This document shows, piece after piece, positions 40,396-53,222 of a stretch of 64,000 nt of DNA. This DNA is from Carpediemonas membranifera BICM (taxonomy: Eukaryota; Protista; Fornicata): contig JAHDYR010000016.1 of assembly GCA_019828565.1 (NCBI GenBank), positions 1 to 64,000 of the forward strand, read 5' to 3'. How positions within the stretch are numbered: position 1 is the stretch's first letter; each line of letters opens with the position of its first letter. The notes below the pieces were generated by a model. The model was given only the letters and a program-made list of their open reading frames with translations, did not search any database and was not told the origin of the DNA. Made by a program: the position numbers and the translations under genes.

Positions 40396-43300
40396 ATGTC
40401 TGTTGAACAGCTCAAAGAAGGACTTCGAGGACGCGTCGAAAAGCAACGTCGCGCCCAAGCTGTTAAGATTAGAACCTATGTTTGTGCACTTTCCCGAGTT
40501 TTACGCAGGCGGAAGCCCAACTGAAGAACAACATGCTTCCCGAGTCCAGATCTCGCTTTCTAGCTGAGATAGAGAGCGTTCTCTCCTCCCTCTTCGAAGA
40601 AAATGACCCATGCGCAAACCTAGGGGCTCTCGCGCTCGCCGAGGAACTCATTCACCTCGCCATCCGCGACGCCAACTTCCCCATCCCGTCCATCGCCCTC
40701 ATAGTGGTCTCCCAGCTCCCAACCTCGAACGAGGCGATCCTTCATCGCGTCTGCCATTGCGTGGCGCTGCTGTCCAAGGTTGATACAGTGACCCAGACCG
40801 AGTTCTTCGACAGCCAGACCAAGCGTGCCCTGGAGTGGCTCAAGATCGACATGTCGAACAAGGACGACGTGTCCCGGCAGAAGAGGTACTGTGCGGTCGT
40901 CCTCCTCTCGACCATCGCGGCCAAGATCCCTGGGACTTTCACGGCCCATGCACCCGACTTCATCAACCTCATCTGGGGCAGCGTGTACGATACCAGGAAG
41001 CTCAGCTCCTACTCCCACTCTCAGAGTGCAGTGGCTGTCGCATGCCTGCAGAAGTCGATTGCCACTGCCACGGAGCTCCAGAAGACCGCTCAGACCTGGG
41101 CAGTCTTTGGCCAGTGCCGCAAGGCGCTGAGGAGCGACAGTATCACGCCCGAGGTAATCACAAACTTCCTGACGATCCTCGGCTCCCTGCTGGACAACGC
41201 AGGCAGCCTCATCGAGTCGCCTTTCGCCGACATCGCCGACCTAGTGCTGCAGCACCGGCAGCATAAGAGCGCCTCCGTCCGCACTGGCGTGTGCTCGCTC
41301 TTCGCCAAGATTGCCCGGCTAAACCCGGCTGCCTTTACGGACCAGTACCTCGACACGATCGCCAACCACCTCCTCACCGTCCTTAGGGGCAACGAGGTCA
41401 AGGAGCGACCCAGCGCCCTCGCCGCCCTGGCCGCCATTGCAGAGGTGACGGGCCCCACGGCCATGGAGCCCTTCATGGGGGGCATCATCCAGGCGATCAA
41501 GGATGTCCTCGTCACACGGTCCAAGGACAAGGATAAGGAGCGCAGGAACCTCACGGCGACCATTGACGCCGTTGCCAAGCTGGCCGGTGTGACACCTGAC
41601 ACGATGAAGCCGCACATTGACGAGATCCTCGACCTGCTGTTTTCACGCGGACTGTGTGACACGCTCATCGGCGCCCTCAAGGTCGTGGCCCAGCATATTC
41701 CCAGCATACAGGGCTCTGTGCGGGCCAAGCTGCTCAACCACGTGTCGTTCGTCCTAACCGGCTATCAGTTTGCCCATCTTCCCGCCAGCAAGCGTGCTCT
41801 GACCAAGACCCGCACCATCCCCGCCTACATCCACGACGGCAGCTCCATTACAGACCCTGCCACAGTCGAGCTGGCCATCCGAACTCTGGCGAACTTCGAC
41901 CTCGGGCCCGAGCCCCTTACAGACTTCGTGGCCGACTGTGTGGTCAACTATCTCGACCACTCGATCGCCAACATCAGACTCGCTGCAGCAGTGACGGCCG
42001 CGCGGGTCCTGGTCCCCCCTGGCCGCACGGCAGCAGCCCACGGCAAGGATGCCGTCGTCGTCGGTGATGTTCTCTACAAGCTTCTCGTCACTGCATTCTC
42101 TGACGAAGTCGTCGGGGTCCGCCGGGCAGTGCTAGCCGAGATGGACTCAAGATACGACCGTTTCTTGGCTGAGGCCGAGGCACTACAGTCGCTGTTCTGC
42201 CTGGCCAACGACGAGGACATCCAAGTGAGAGAGGCCTCGCTCACGATTATTGGCCGACTCGCGGAGTTCAATCCTGCGTACGTCGTTCCCGCCACGAGGA
42301 ACCACGTCATCGAGCTGCTCAACGCCCTCGATCTCTCCCACGAGCCCCGGCAACGCGAGGACACTGCCCGCCTGCTCGGCCATCTCACAGTCGCTTGCCC
42401 GACGCTCGTCCGCCCGTACGTTGTCCCCATCATGCACGGCCTGCTGGCTAAGATCCACGACCCGTCGCCGCCCACGGCCACCGCCGCCCTAGTCGCCCTG
42501 GGCAACTTGGCCAAGGTCGGGGCCCGGGACCTTCAGCCATTCATCCCGGAGCTCGTACCGCACGTGTTGGACCTGCTGACGGATCAGAGCAGCACGACCA
42601 AGCGGGTGTCCGCCTTCAGGACGCTCGGCCAGCTCGCGCAGAGCACGGGGTACGCTATCGAGGCGTACAAGAAGCACCCGCAGTTGATGCCGACGATCCT
42701 GGCCGCCATCCGGGAGGAGAACAGCGTCAGCATCCGGGCCGAAGTTACCAAGGTGCTCGGCATCTTCGGGGCCCTCGACCCGTTCGCCCTCAAGGTCATA
42801 GATGCGTCGGACACCCTCGACACGAAGGGCGGGCCTCCTACCATCTTCCCGACCGAGCACGGGGAGACCGGCCTCGACGCCACCGCACAGAGCCCCATCA
42901 CGGAGGTCTACTACTCCTCTGTGGCGCTCAAGGCGCTGCTGAGGGTTGCAAGGGATCCGTCGCTGCGACACTGCCACCCCCACGCCTTCCGTTCTGTCGC
43001 GTACATCCAGTCGCTGCTGGGCTCCAAGTGCGTGGCATTCCTCGGCGACGTCGTCCCCGCCATCGTAGCGGCAGTAAGAGACCCGCAGGCCACTACGTTC
43101 CAGCGTAAGACCAACTGCTTCCAGCTAGCGATGATTGTTACCCTCGCCCAGACCGCCATCCAGCCCTATTCCGACGCTATCGTCGAGGTGGTCCAGGAAT
43201 ACTGGTCCGACTGCGGCGACGTCCAGGTCGCCCTCATCGTCCTCCTGCAGGTCCTGTCGATAGAGCTGGGGGATGCCTTCATGCCCTACCTCCCCAAGGT

Positions 43301-46300
43301 CCTCCCCAAGTTCATCCGGCTGTTTGAACGGTGCTGCCACAACCCCGACGACGTTCCTAAGGAGGCCGCGCTCCAGTGTCTGGCCGCCCTCGAGGGCCTG
43401 GGGCCGACGCTTGACCCGTTCAGCGCCCAATTCATCACCCAGATCACCCGCCTCTTCGACGTATCATCGGACGCCGAGCCGTCACACGACCTCGCCGCGG
43501 CCATCCCCGCGGAGATCCGCCTGGCCGCTCTTGAGACGCTATCCCGCCTGACCAAGTCCGTCAACTTCACAGCCCACGTGTGCCGCGTGATCCCACCGCT
43601 GCGGAGGGCCATTCAGTACGGCGAGGCCAGCACCGTCGACACCGCGGTGAACGCGCTGTGTGCCGTCGTGTACCAGCTCGACCGGCAGTTTTACGCGTTC
43701 TACATTCCCCAGATGCACAAGGTCATGGCCGCCCGCAAGGTGAAGCACGCGGTGTACCAGTCACTGGTCAACCAGATCCTCGACCCGCAAGGCAAGTCCC
43801 TCGACCCCAGCACCCTCGACCCGATTCACACGGACGCACACACCTTTGGCCCGCCCAAGATCGAGTGGGTACGCCGCATGGCTTTGTCCATGAGCCACGA
43901 GGAGACACACATGTACTCGTTCGGCACAGCAGACGCCGCGTCAACCTTTGACCCAGACGCGTCGGCCACGGTCGATGAGAGCGTTCTGAAGAGTGCGTGG
44001 GACACGTCCCAGGCCAGTACCAGGGACGATTGGATAAGCTGGATGCGGCGTCTGACGCACATCTTCATCCAGTCCTCGCCGTCGCCGTCGATCCGGTCGT
44101 GCGCCTCGGTGCCCCACATATCCGGCACCATCTCGCCAGACCTGATGAACGCGGCGTTCGTGTCCGTCTGGACCGCCCTGAGGGACGGGGCAGAGGCTGA
44201 GTTCGCGTCCCAGCTGACCAAGGTGCTGCAGTCACAGTCGCTGCCCATCGAAGTACTGCAGATTCTGCTGAGATTGGCAGAGTATCTAGAGCATCTCGAC
44301 CACTCGCTGCCCATCGACTATCGCGTGCTCGGTCACCTGGCCAGCAACTCTCATGCCTTCGCCAAGGCGCTGCGGTACCAGGAACAGGAGTTTGTCAAGG
44401 CGCCGTCCGCCTGCGTTGAGGACCTCATCTCGACGAACAGCCAGCTTCAGCTCCCCGAGGCAGCCACAGGGATCCTGATCTACTCCCAGCAGAGGTTTAG
44501 CGGTAACATCCGCATGCAGGAGAGCTGGTTCGAGAAGCTGGAGCGGTGGGACGAGGCTCTGGACCGGTACAACGCCCGGCTGGACGCCGACCCGTACCAC
44601 GGCGATGCCATGTGGGGTAAGCTGCGGTGCATGTCCGCTCTGGGGGCTTGGAGCGACATCCACAGCATCGCGGACGAGCTGTGGGACAAGAACGACCGCA
44701 GTTTCCACAGCAAGGTCAGTCCGTTCGGGGCGAGGGCGGCCCTGCACCTCAAGGACTGGAAGGCGCTCGCCCGGTATGCCCCCGAGATCCCCAAGGACGA
44801 AGTCGACGCCTGGCTGTTCTCGGCCATCGACGCTGTGCACAGCAACAGGTTCGCCGAGGCCCGGGCCGCCATAGGGGCGGGGAGAACGCTGGTCGATTCG
44901 AAGCTCGCGGCGCTGGTGTCCGAGTCCTACGACCGGGGCTACTCGACCATCGTCCTCGCCCAGCAGCTCGTCGAGCTCGAGGAGGTCATCCGATACAAGC
45001 TGGAGCCCGACGTCCGGCCCGAGATCGAGGCGCTCTGGCAGACCAGGCTCCAGGGCATGCAGCAGAAGCCCGAGGTGTGGCTCGACACCCTCGCCATCCG
45101 CTCGCTGGTCATCGAGCCCCGTCAGGACTACCGGAGTTACGTCAAGCTCGCAGCTCTGTGCAGGTCCGCGGGTAGGGCCGAACTGTCGCTGCAGACGGTC
45201 ATGTCCTTGTTCCAGACGCCATCGGAGGTCGAGACGCTGAGGGCAGCAGTTCACGTCGACCGGTTCGACCAGACAGCCCTTGAATTCATCACGGCCTCCC
45301 TGCCTCAGCCCGACGCCGTCAACTACTCCATAGCATACGCCCTGGCCAAGCACTACTTCGGTGTCGGCGAGGTTGGACCCGCTATGCGTCTGCTCGTCAG
45401 CATGTGCGACGGTAACGTTGCTGCCGTCGACCCCGGCCTTGCTGCCCACGTGGTGTGCCGCATCGGTATGAACCTGCCTGCCTCGCCCGACAAGGAGTTC
45501 ATCGCACAGCGTCTGGTCGGCGACGATGAGACCCACGGAAGCCCTGTGCTCGTCGCCCAACAGAAGTGCTACCACGATGCCACCAAGTACGACCCCGCCT
45601 GGCAAACGGCGTGGTCGCTGTGGTCTGAAAGCTGCAACCAGTTCGTCCAGCAGCTCGACACCAACCGCATGGGTGCCGAAGCCCCCGAGCCCCTCGACCC
45701 GGTTGTCCAGACCCACCTCATCCACGCCCTGAGGGGCTTCTTCAAGACGATCGCACTTGGCCAGGGACAGAGCCTGCCGCCGACCCTCCGCATCCTGACG
45801 CTCTGGTTCTCGTACGGCCAGCACTCACACGTCGAAGAGGTGCTGCTCAAGGGCTTCGCGTCCGTCCCCCTCGAGACATGGCTCGGCGTCATCCCCCAGA
45901 TCATCGCCCGGCTGCACACGGCCTCCGTCCCGGTCCGTAACCTCGTCCACCAGCTGCTCGGGACCCTTGGCCACCGTCACCCGCAGGCACTGGTCTACCC
46001 GCTGGCCGTGGCGTCCAAGGGCCACTCCTCCAACCGCCAGGCGGACGCCCTATCCATCCTTGACCGCATGCGGCGCCACTCTGCCACGCTGGTCGACCAG
46101 GCGCTCATGGTGTCACGTGAGCTGATCCGCGTCGCTATCCTGTGGCCCGAGCTGTGGCGGGCAGGGTTGGAGGAGGCCTCGCGCCAGTACTTCAACGAGA
46201 AGAACACAGAGGCGTGCCTCGAGACTCTTGCCCGGCTGCACTCGACGCTCGAGCGCGGCGCTCAGACGATGAGCGAGGTCTCCTTCATCTCAGGGCACGG

Positions 46301-47828
46301 TGGACAGTTACTGTCGGCCTTTGAGCTGTGCAAGAAGTTCTCAATGCCCGGCGAGGGAGACGTCAGCCTCATTACCACGGCGTGGGACACATACTTCGCC
46401 GTGTTCAGGGCCATCGCGAAGCACCTCAACACCATCACCAGTCTCGAGCTCAAGCGCGTCTCGCCCAACCTGCTTGCGGCCACGAACCTCGAGCTCGCTG
46501 TCCCCGGCGGCTACCACGCGGACCGTGATCCCATCCGCATCGTCTCCTTCAAGCCACAGCTGCAGGTGATCATGTCGAAGCAGCGTCCCCGCAAGCTGTC
46601 CATGGTCGGTTCCGACGGCAACACGTTCCTGTACCTCCTCAAGGGCCACGAGGACACACGCCAGGATGAGAGGATGATGCAGTTCTTCGGGCTCGTCAAC
46701 CAGCTTCTCGCCGCAGACCGGGCGACGTGCCGCAACGACCTCTACATCCAGCGATACGCTGTGATACCGCTCTCTCCGAACAGCGGTCTGCTCGGCTGGC
46801 TGCCGCACGGCGACACCCTGCACCACTTGCTCCGGGAGTACCGGGAGCGCCACAACATCTTCACCAACCTCGAGCTGCGTCAGATGTACCACGTTGCCCC
46901 TGCTTATGACCATCTCGCCCTCCTCCAGAAGGTGGAGGCGTTCGAGTACGCCCTGGACAACACTGACGGCCGTGATCTCGCTAAAGCCATGTGGGCGAAG
47001 GCGCCGTCCAGCGAGCAGTGGCTGGCCCACCGCACGCGGTACACCCGGTCCTTGGCGGTCATGTCGATGGTCGGGTATCTCCTTGGGTTGGGCGATCGGC
47101 ATCCATCAAACCTCATGCTCGACCGCAAGACGGGCAAGATCATCCACATTGATTTCGGTGACTCTTTCGAGGTCGCTGTACACCGCCTGAAGTATCCCGA
47201 GAAGATCCCTTTCAGGCTCACCCGCATGCTTGTCCTGGCAATGGAGGCGTCGGGCGTCGAGGGCTCCTTCAGGCTCACGTGCGAGGCAACGATGCGTGTG
47301 CTGCGTTCGAACCGCACGCCGCTCATGGCGCTGCTCGAGGCCTTTGTCTACGACCCGCTTTTGTCATGGAATCTTGTCAACATCTGTCAGGCCAACAATT
47401 ACCAAGTGATCTCGGCGGATGAGAGCGCGTCTATGTTTGGGAAGGCGCCGAACAAGCAGAACGACATCCCCGAGTTGCCCCCACCGCACATACAGGCACA
47501 GGGCATCGCCGAGTCCGTGGAAAAGGAGGAGGCCAACGCCGTCGACCGGGAGGGCCGGAAGCGGTTGAATATAGTGATGCACGAGCCTGATTCAAAGCCC
47601 CGCAGCGCCGCCCCAGGAATCGAGAATGACGACATCCCGGCCGAGTTGAATGAAAAGGCCGTTGCGGTCATACGTCGCGTGCAGGATAAGCTGACGGGCT
47701 TTGACTTCAGGAATGTTGCGGGAGACAAGGCGTTGGACATCGGAGAGCAGGTGCAGCGGCTGATTAGGATCGCCACGAACCACGAGAACCTGTGCCAGGC
47801 GTACGTCGGCTGGTGCGCGTGTCAGTAA
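40396..47828 (+). CDS. TOR: TOR kinase (HEAT-FAT-FRB-PI3K-FATC) (intron 40480-40508)
   Basis: GALDP, AFAKALRY.E, LIRVAILW.ELW..GLEEASR.YF, SKQRPRK, LLKGHED.RQDER, GLGDRHPSN, HIDFGD, PFRLTRM, ENLCQ.Y.GWC. Confidence 0.97.
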
Positions 47829-48097
47829 ATTATAAATACGTAAATATATGAGAAGCCGGGTTGGGGCGGCCTGTCATACGGCGTGGTGCTCAATGGGGAG
47901 GAATATTTTTTAAATGTCTAAATTAAATGTCTGACTGGCCGTCCCACGCACACCGTAAGCGTCGATGCCACATATCACAAGGCCAACCCATGATGGACAT
48001 CCTACACGGAACCGCTTCATACGTTGACTAGTTTACCCCTATTGCTAAGAAAAAGGCCCGGCCTGCAGAACCAGGCGCACCGATTAACACATCTGCT

Positions 48098-48556
48098 CTA
48101 CTCAGCCGCGACGTCAAGGCTCTCGAAGGACGCGAAATTGAACAAGACCGAATCCTCGTTCGAAACCCACTGCTTGAGGTCGGGGTTCTTATAGCCCGCG
48201 GCCTTCTCCACATACCAGCAAAATACAAGCACAGGCCGGTCCCGAAGCACGGAGTTCGCTCGCAGTGCAAGGACGTCCTTGGCGCACGTTCGATTAGTCA
48301 CCACCCGCAAGTGTGAGTCGGGATATGTGATCAAGGACTTCTCAAACTGCATTAGAACGTCTGCAAGTTCATTGCAACTTCGGCATTGGATGACGAGGAC
48401 GCCAAGCGGCATCAAGTGGGGAAGATAGTGCTGATTGGACTCGGGCTGATCCTATGTGAGATGATCAGGGGAAATGAAGCATACGTCGATCCAAAGAAGG
48501 ATTTTTGGCATCAGGGTATCCGCCTTGAACTTTGGAATGGAGATTGGAAGCACCAT
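48098..48556 (-). CDS. Hypothetical protein with response-regulator receiver-like N-terminal motif (intron 48452-48484)
   Basis: Spliced ...KILLWID|DQPESN...GVLVIQCRS..E...LRVVTN; GTATGC..ATAG intron is in phase. Ends uncertain. Confidence 0.5.
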
Positions 48557-48765
48557 CGTGTGAGTGTTTGGAGTTTTGGCGCTTAACCTGCAACTGCCTC
48601 AGCCCGGCCAGTAGCTCGGTACCTGGGCCTCGAGTGGCCACGCTGACTCTCATCCCAGCATTCCAGACAAAAGTTTACTTGGCATCGAGGCAGGTGTGCC
48701 CATGCCGCTTGGCCCGACATGCAAGCCGCTGAGGACAGCGGTCACGGCGGCACTGCACACACCCC

Positions 48766-49470
48766 TCACCTGATGCGGCGAGTGCCAACCATTTGCCGAG
48801 CCATAGCGATGCTCTCGGCACGGCCCCACGACCCCTTCTCCTTCCCCATGGCAGCAATCGTCTGCAGGAACCCGTCTGTGTCTGGTGTTGAGGCCGGCTG
48901 GGTCGAAGGGGCCTCCTGGGAGCAAGAGAGCGTGAGGATCTGGGTAGCCTCGGGGTCCACGGAGGCCAGCGGTGCCAGCAGCAGCTCGGCCCTGGCACTG
49001 GCGGCGCGAGTGTGGATGTCGTCGTCGGGCATGCTCCGAGCATTCGGCCGGATGTCATCGTCGTCGTCATCGGCAAGAAGCATTTCAGAGCGGCGCTTGA
49101 GAACGGGCTGGGTTGCTGATACAGGGCGAGAGGGTGCTAGGGCTGTGATGGAGCTGGTGCGGCTGAGACGGGGCGTGGTGCTCCGTCTGACGGAGGGCTT
49201 GGCGGACTTGGACCCGTTGGCTGCGGAGATCTCGCTGAAGAGGGCGTTCACATCGATACTGGCCGGACGGGAGCTGGATTGGTCCCTTAATGCAACTGAT
49301 GCAGTTCGCGCTGATTGTCTGATCATGTCGAGGCGCTTGAGGCGGCGCTTTTCAGCATTTGCCTTGGTCATCTTGCTGCGATCACGAGCAGACATGGCTG
49401 ATTTCCCCTCTGATGGTTCACTGGGCTTCACGGTGGAGAGTATATCTGCGAGAACGTCCTGACTGACCAT
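48766..49470 (-). CDS. Hypothetical low-complexity/disordered protein
   Basis: Long ORF with coding-like composition (MVSQDVLADIL..., basic KRRLKR patch); 3' end may be spliced. Confidence 0.5.
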   Translation of the reverse strand: MVSQDVLADILSTVKPSEPSEGKSAMSARDRSKMTKANAEKRRLKRLDMIRQSARTASVALRDQSSSRPASIDVNALFSEISAANGSKSAKPSVRRSTTPRLSRTSSITALAPSRPVSATQPVLKRRSEMLLADDDDDDIRPNARSMPDDDIHTRAASARAELLLAPLASVDPEATQILTLSCSQEAPSTQPASTPDTDGFLQTIAAMGKEKGSWGRAESIAMARQMVGTRRIR

Positions 49471-49728
49471 GTCGTTTCGTGGCGCGCAACAGTGCGCAAA
49501 AAGGGCCGTAATCTGCACCACTAAATATCATGCCGATATCAGCGTCACCCGGGTCTATGTCGACTTTCTCACCAATGCCTGCTTCAACGAATCTCTACCC
49601 AGGACCCACCGACCCGCACTTATCATGGGCCCTGGAGAGAGCAACCTCGAGATCATCAGCAATCGGCCGACGACTAAATACTGTCTCTGTTATCCCATAA
49701 ACCAGCATTCTACTCACCTCATTTACCC

Positions 49729-51870
49729 CTACTGGCCGCGCTTCCGCCTTGCCTCGACTCTTACTGAGTCATCAAACGCGACGACGACGTCCATCGAGTC
49801 GTAATTCAGGTCAGTCCCAACGACATGATCCTCCTTCGCCTTCTCGACGATGTCGTAGCACTTGTCTCCCTTGAGCACCTTAGACAAGGACCAGATGACG
49901 ACCTTGGAGTTCACACCAGCGACGATAAACCGCTCCATACCCCGCCCCGTGTTGAAACGGGCGGGTGTGAAGTTGATCTGAAGGTGGCCGCCCATCGCTG
50001 CGACGTCGGCGGGGCTGAGCGAGAGACGGTAGGGCCGCTTCTGGTCAACGGGCACGGACTTCTGGAAGCCGGTCTGGGTGGAGCCCTGAATGCTCGTGCT
50101 CAGCAGCATGACGTAGCGCTTGGTCGTGGCCAGGACCCACTTGCCGTCCTTGGTGACATCGACGCCGATGATCGCGTCGCCAGTGCCCGGGTAGTTCGTC
50201 TTCGCTCTCTTGTCGTATGCGTTGAACAACTTGACTTCGCCCTTGGCGGTGCCGATGACGAGGTTACCCTCAGCGGTGACGGCCGAGCACGACAGCTGCT
50301 GGTTCGACCGGTACTGGTAGGACTGAGCGGCAACCATCTTATTGTCTCCGGCCAAGCGCGGGTCCATTAGGAAGAACGACGTCTTGTTCAGTCCACCGAA
50401 CAGCTGCTCCTGCGAGCGCTCGTCGTCCTTGGTGTGGGCGAAGATGTTGTCGATGTTGAAGTCGACGCCGTCCTTGTTCGCCTTGTACTCCTCGACGATC
50501 TGGCCCCTCTCGACGTCCATGACGTACGCAGACCTCTTATCATCGCCCAGAACGATCATCTTGGCGTCCTGCTGCCTCAGCATCATCTGCTTCGGTGTGA
50601 TCATGCGACCCTGGCGATCGGCGACGTTCCAGCTGATCTCGTTATCCTCATCGTCGGGTGCTGCGAAGAAGCTGTCAGCGTTGGTCTTAATACGCTCGAA
50701 AGTCGACCCACGTGTGACGAACGCGACTCCGCTTGACTTGGATGCCATGACACCCGTGATGGCGTCCCTCTTGTCGCCGGGCGACGGCGAATAGACAACC
50801 TCCTTCTCGTCGTCGAAGGCGGAGTCGTACTCAAGATCAGAGTCGTGGAAGTCGCTGCCGTACTCGGTGTCCATGTCGATGTCGACGTCCTCCATCGCTC
50901 GGGCGAGGTAGTCGATCTCGGCCTGCTTCTTGTTGTCGGCTGCCTTATAGCCGGCTGCTTCGCGGGTCTTGATGACGAGGCGGCGGGTGACGAGGTCACG
51001 CAGGGCCTCGTAATCACCGAGGTTCTTGATGTCGAGGGCGACGACAAGATAGGGGTCGTCGGCGCCAGTTGGGACCTTGTTGAGGTTCACGAGGAACATA
51101 AACCGCTGTGTCTTCGACTCGAACTTCGGGTACATGGCGTCGTTGATGGGGAGAAGCGTTTGTCCCATGTCGCCCGTCTTGATGACGAGGTAGCACTCCC
51201 ACGCCTCATAGCCGGACCTGTCCTCGAGCTCGGCCACAGTAACTCTAGTGTTGGCGGTGAGAAGCTCCCAAGAGCGGCCGTGCTCGTCCTTGGCGCCCAT
51301 CAGGTCGGCCGAGCATGAGAAGAGAACCTCTGTCGGATCCAGAGTCGGGACGGGGCCCCAGGGCATGGGGAGGGTGAAGCGGGTCGGCTCATGTCCAGAG
51401 CTGATGAGCGGGGCGAGGATGCGGTCAGCCTCGGCCAGTGAGACGTCGGCGTTGGGAATTCCGTCTCGGACGGAGACAACGGCGCCGGCAATGAGCTGCT
51501 TGAGTCTGTTGTACTCGTCCTCATCGCCCTCCTCCATGCCGAACACAAAACGGCGGTTGTTGACGCTGAAGGCGACGCCAATGACGTCTCTTGCCTCGTA
51601 TGTCGAAGGCACCACTGCGGGAACCACGGCAAAGCGGATGGAATTGGTCATTTCATCCTCCTCATCGACGTATTCCTCGGCACTGCGCTCGATTGTGATG
51701 TGATAGGGGCTCGTGGGGTCCAGCTCGTCCTCGGGGGACTCCAAGCGGAGCTGGCAGTTCTGATAGAGTACCTTGGCGCTGCTGCCTTGAACCACAGCAT
51801 AAAGAGTCCCTTCAAAGCTGTTTTTGTTCCGTTTGAAGAAGGAGATGAAGCGACTGCCTCGTCCGAACAT
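49729..51870 (-). CDS. VID27: VID27 (vacuolar import and degradation 27) family protein
   Basis: MD.ERG.IVEE, F.MDPRL, G.LVIG..KGE..L, AKT.YPG.GD.IIG.DVT.DG.WVLAT, FTPARFN. Confidence 0.88.
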   Translation of the reverse strand: MFGRGSRFISFFKRNKNSFEGTLYAVVQGSSAKVLYQNCQLRLESPEDELDPTSPYHITIERSAEEYVDEEDEMTNSIRFAVVPAVVPSTYEARDVIGVAFSVNNRRFVFGMEEGDEDEYNRLKQLIAGAVVSVRDGIPNADVSLAEADRILAPLISSGHEPTRFTLPMPWGPVPTLDPTEVLFSCSADLMGAKDEHGRSWELLTANTRVTVAELEDRSGYEAWECYLVIKTGDMGQTLLPINDAMYPKFESKTQRFMFLVNLNKVPTGADDPYLVVALDIKNLGDYEALRDLVTRRLVIKTREAAGYKAADNKKQAEIDYLARAMEDVDIDMDTEYGSDFHDSDLEYDSAFDDEKEVVYSPSPGDKRDAITGVMASKSSGVAFVTRGSTFERIKTNADSFFAAPDDEDNEISWNVADRQGRMITPKQMMLRQQDAKMIVLGDDKRSAYVMDVERGQIVEEYKANKDGVDFNIDNIFAHTKDDERSQEQLFGGLNKTSFFLMDPRLAGDNKMVAAQSYQYRSNQQLSCSAVTAEGNLVIGTAKGEVKLFNAYDKRAKTNYPGTGDAIIGVDVTKDGKWVLATTKRYVMLLSTSIQGSTQTGFQKSVPVDQKRPYRLSLSPADVAAMGGHLQINFTPARFNTGRGMERFIVAGVNSKVVIWSLSKVLKGDKCYDIVEKAKEDHVVGTDLNYDSMDVVVAFDDSVRVEARRKRGQ

Positions 51871-51999
51871 CGTTTTTCAGTCTGCAGCCAGGGGTGACAA
51901 AAACGTGTCGCGTTTGTCAGCCCAGATCTGATGGGAGCCAGGACAAGTGTTCGTGAGCGCGGAATTGCTCCTCAACTCCGTTATTAACATGTGCAGTTT

Positions 52000-53038
52000 A
52001 TGTCAAATCGAAATTCACGACGCTTCTTCCAACTCTCATCCGTGATGTACAGCACGATAGATGACAACACTAATGCCGATAATATGTACTCTTCGATGTG
52101 GATAAGTTCAGTTTGTCACCGCGGCCCAAATAGTTCTAACCTAGATCAAGGAGATCATTCGCGCAAGCTTTGACAACGAACGGCAGACAGAAGGCCTATC
52201 ACTGGAGCTCCTGGACACTCTCTGCAGCTCCATAGTCTTCGATGACTACCTTGTTTCCCTGACGCTCTACTTCACGGGGTACCACCACATCGCCCTCCTC
52301 CTGCGGCCCCCGCATGCCAGCATCTATGAGCAGAACCCTCCGCCATCAGTCTATGAGCAGCATCCTTCGTTCAAGTTGACCGACGTCGACATTAGCCGCA
52401 TCACTGTGGCCCCGGGTGAGCTCACGGACTACCACTCGGCACCCAAGGACGTCGTCGCAGTGCTCGCCCGCACATTCGATATCCAGAAGGCGACCAAGTG
52501 GCTGGCCGTGGCATTACAGGGCCTCTCCCAGGACTACGCCCGCGTCCTCCTTTCCTTCCGGGCCCAGCGGACGGACCTGCTCAAGGAGAGGCACTTCGCG
52601 GACACCTTCTACTTCGCCTCGGTCGGGTTGATCCGATCGGTGTTCCCCAACAAGCTGTGGCCTCTGATGACGGCCGAGCTCCAGCGGGTGGTGGGTTCGA
52701 ATCTCTTTGGAGCGGGCCACAAGGTCGCCGAGCCAGTCATTCGGCCACTGACGAAGAGCACATGTCCCACCGCCAGCATCCGCGAGACTCCGAAGATTGC
52801 CCGGCGTCTGGCGATGAGCCTGAAGACACAGCCCCCGCCCCAGCCCCAATCGCCGACGACGGTCCTCAGGCTGTCCACGGCCCGGTCACCGTTGATCCAG
52901 AGTCTGCTGCCGACCCCGCAGGAGAGCTATGCCGTGAACCGGAAGAAGGCGACGAAGCTCACTATCGGCCTGCCCACTCTCGAGGGGATCGCCACTGCTT
53001 ATCAGGACGACGGGTCGTGGTCCAGTGATGAAGATTGA
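52000..53038 (+). CDS. PPP1R36-like (PP1 inhibitor domain) protein; 5' exon uncertain (intron 52111-52144)
   Basis: FDDYLVSL..Y, L.Q.YA.VLL, ER.F..TFY, E..R...S..F, RSPLIQSLLP resemble PPP1R36 motifs (from memory). Frame open from 52145. Confidence 0.5.
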
Positions 53039-53222
53039 TTGAGCTGTGTACAATACCCCAATTTCGTGACCGAGTCGTCGGACACACTGTAAACTACACC
53101 TGGTGACGGGGCAAATGGCCGGCCTGCGTTGCTGAACAGCGATCTTGCGCTGCTACGTGTCGTCGCAGTGGGCATGTCAAGCAGGGGCCGCGGGTTTAAG
53201 TCAACCGAGTCACGGCGCCGCG

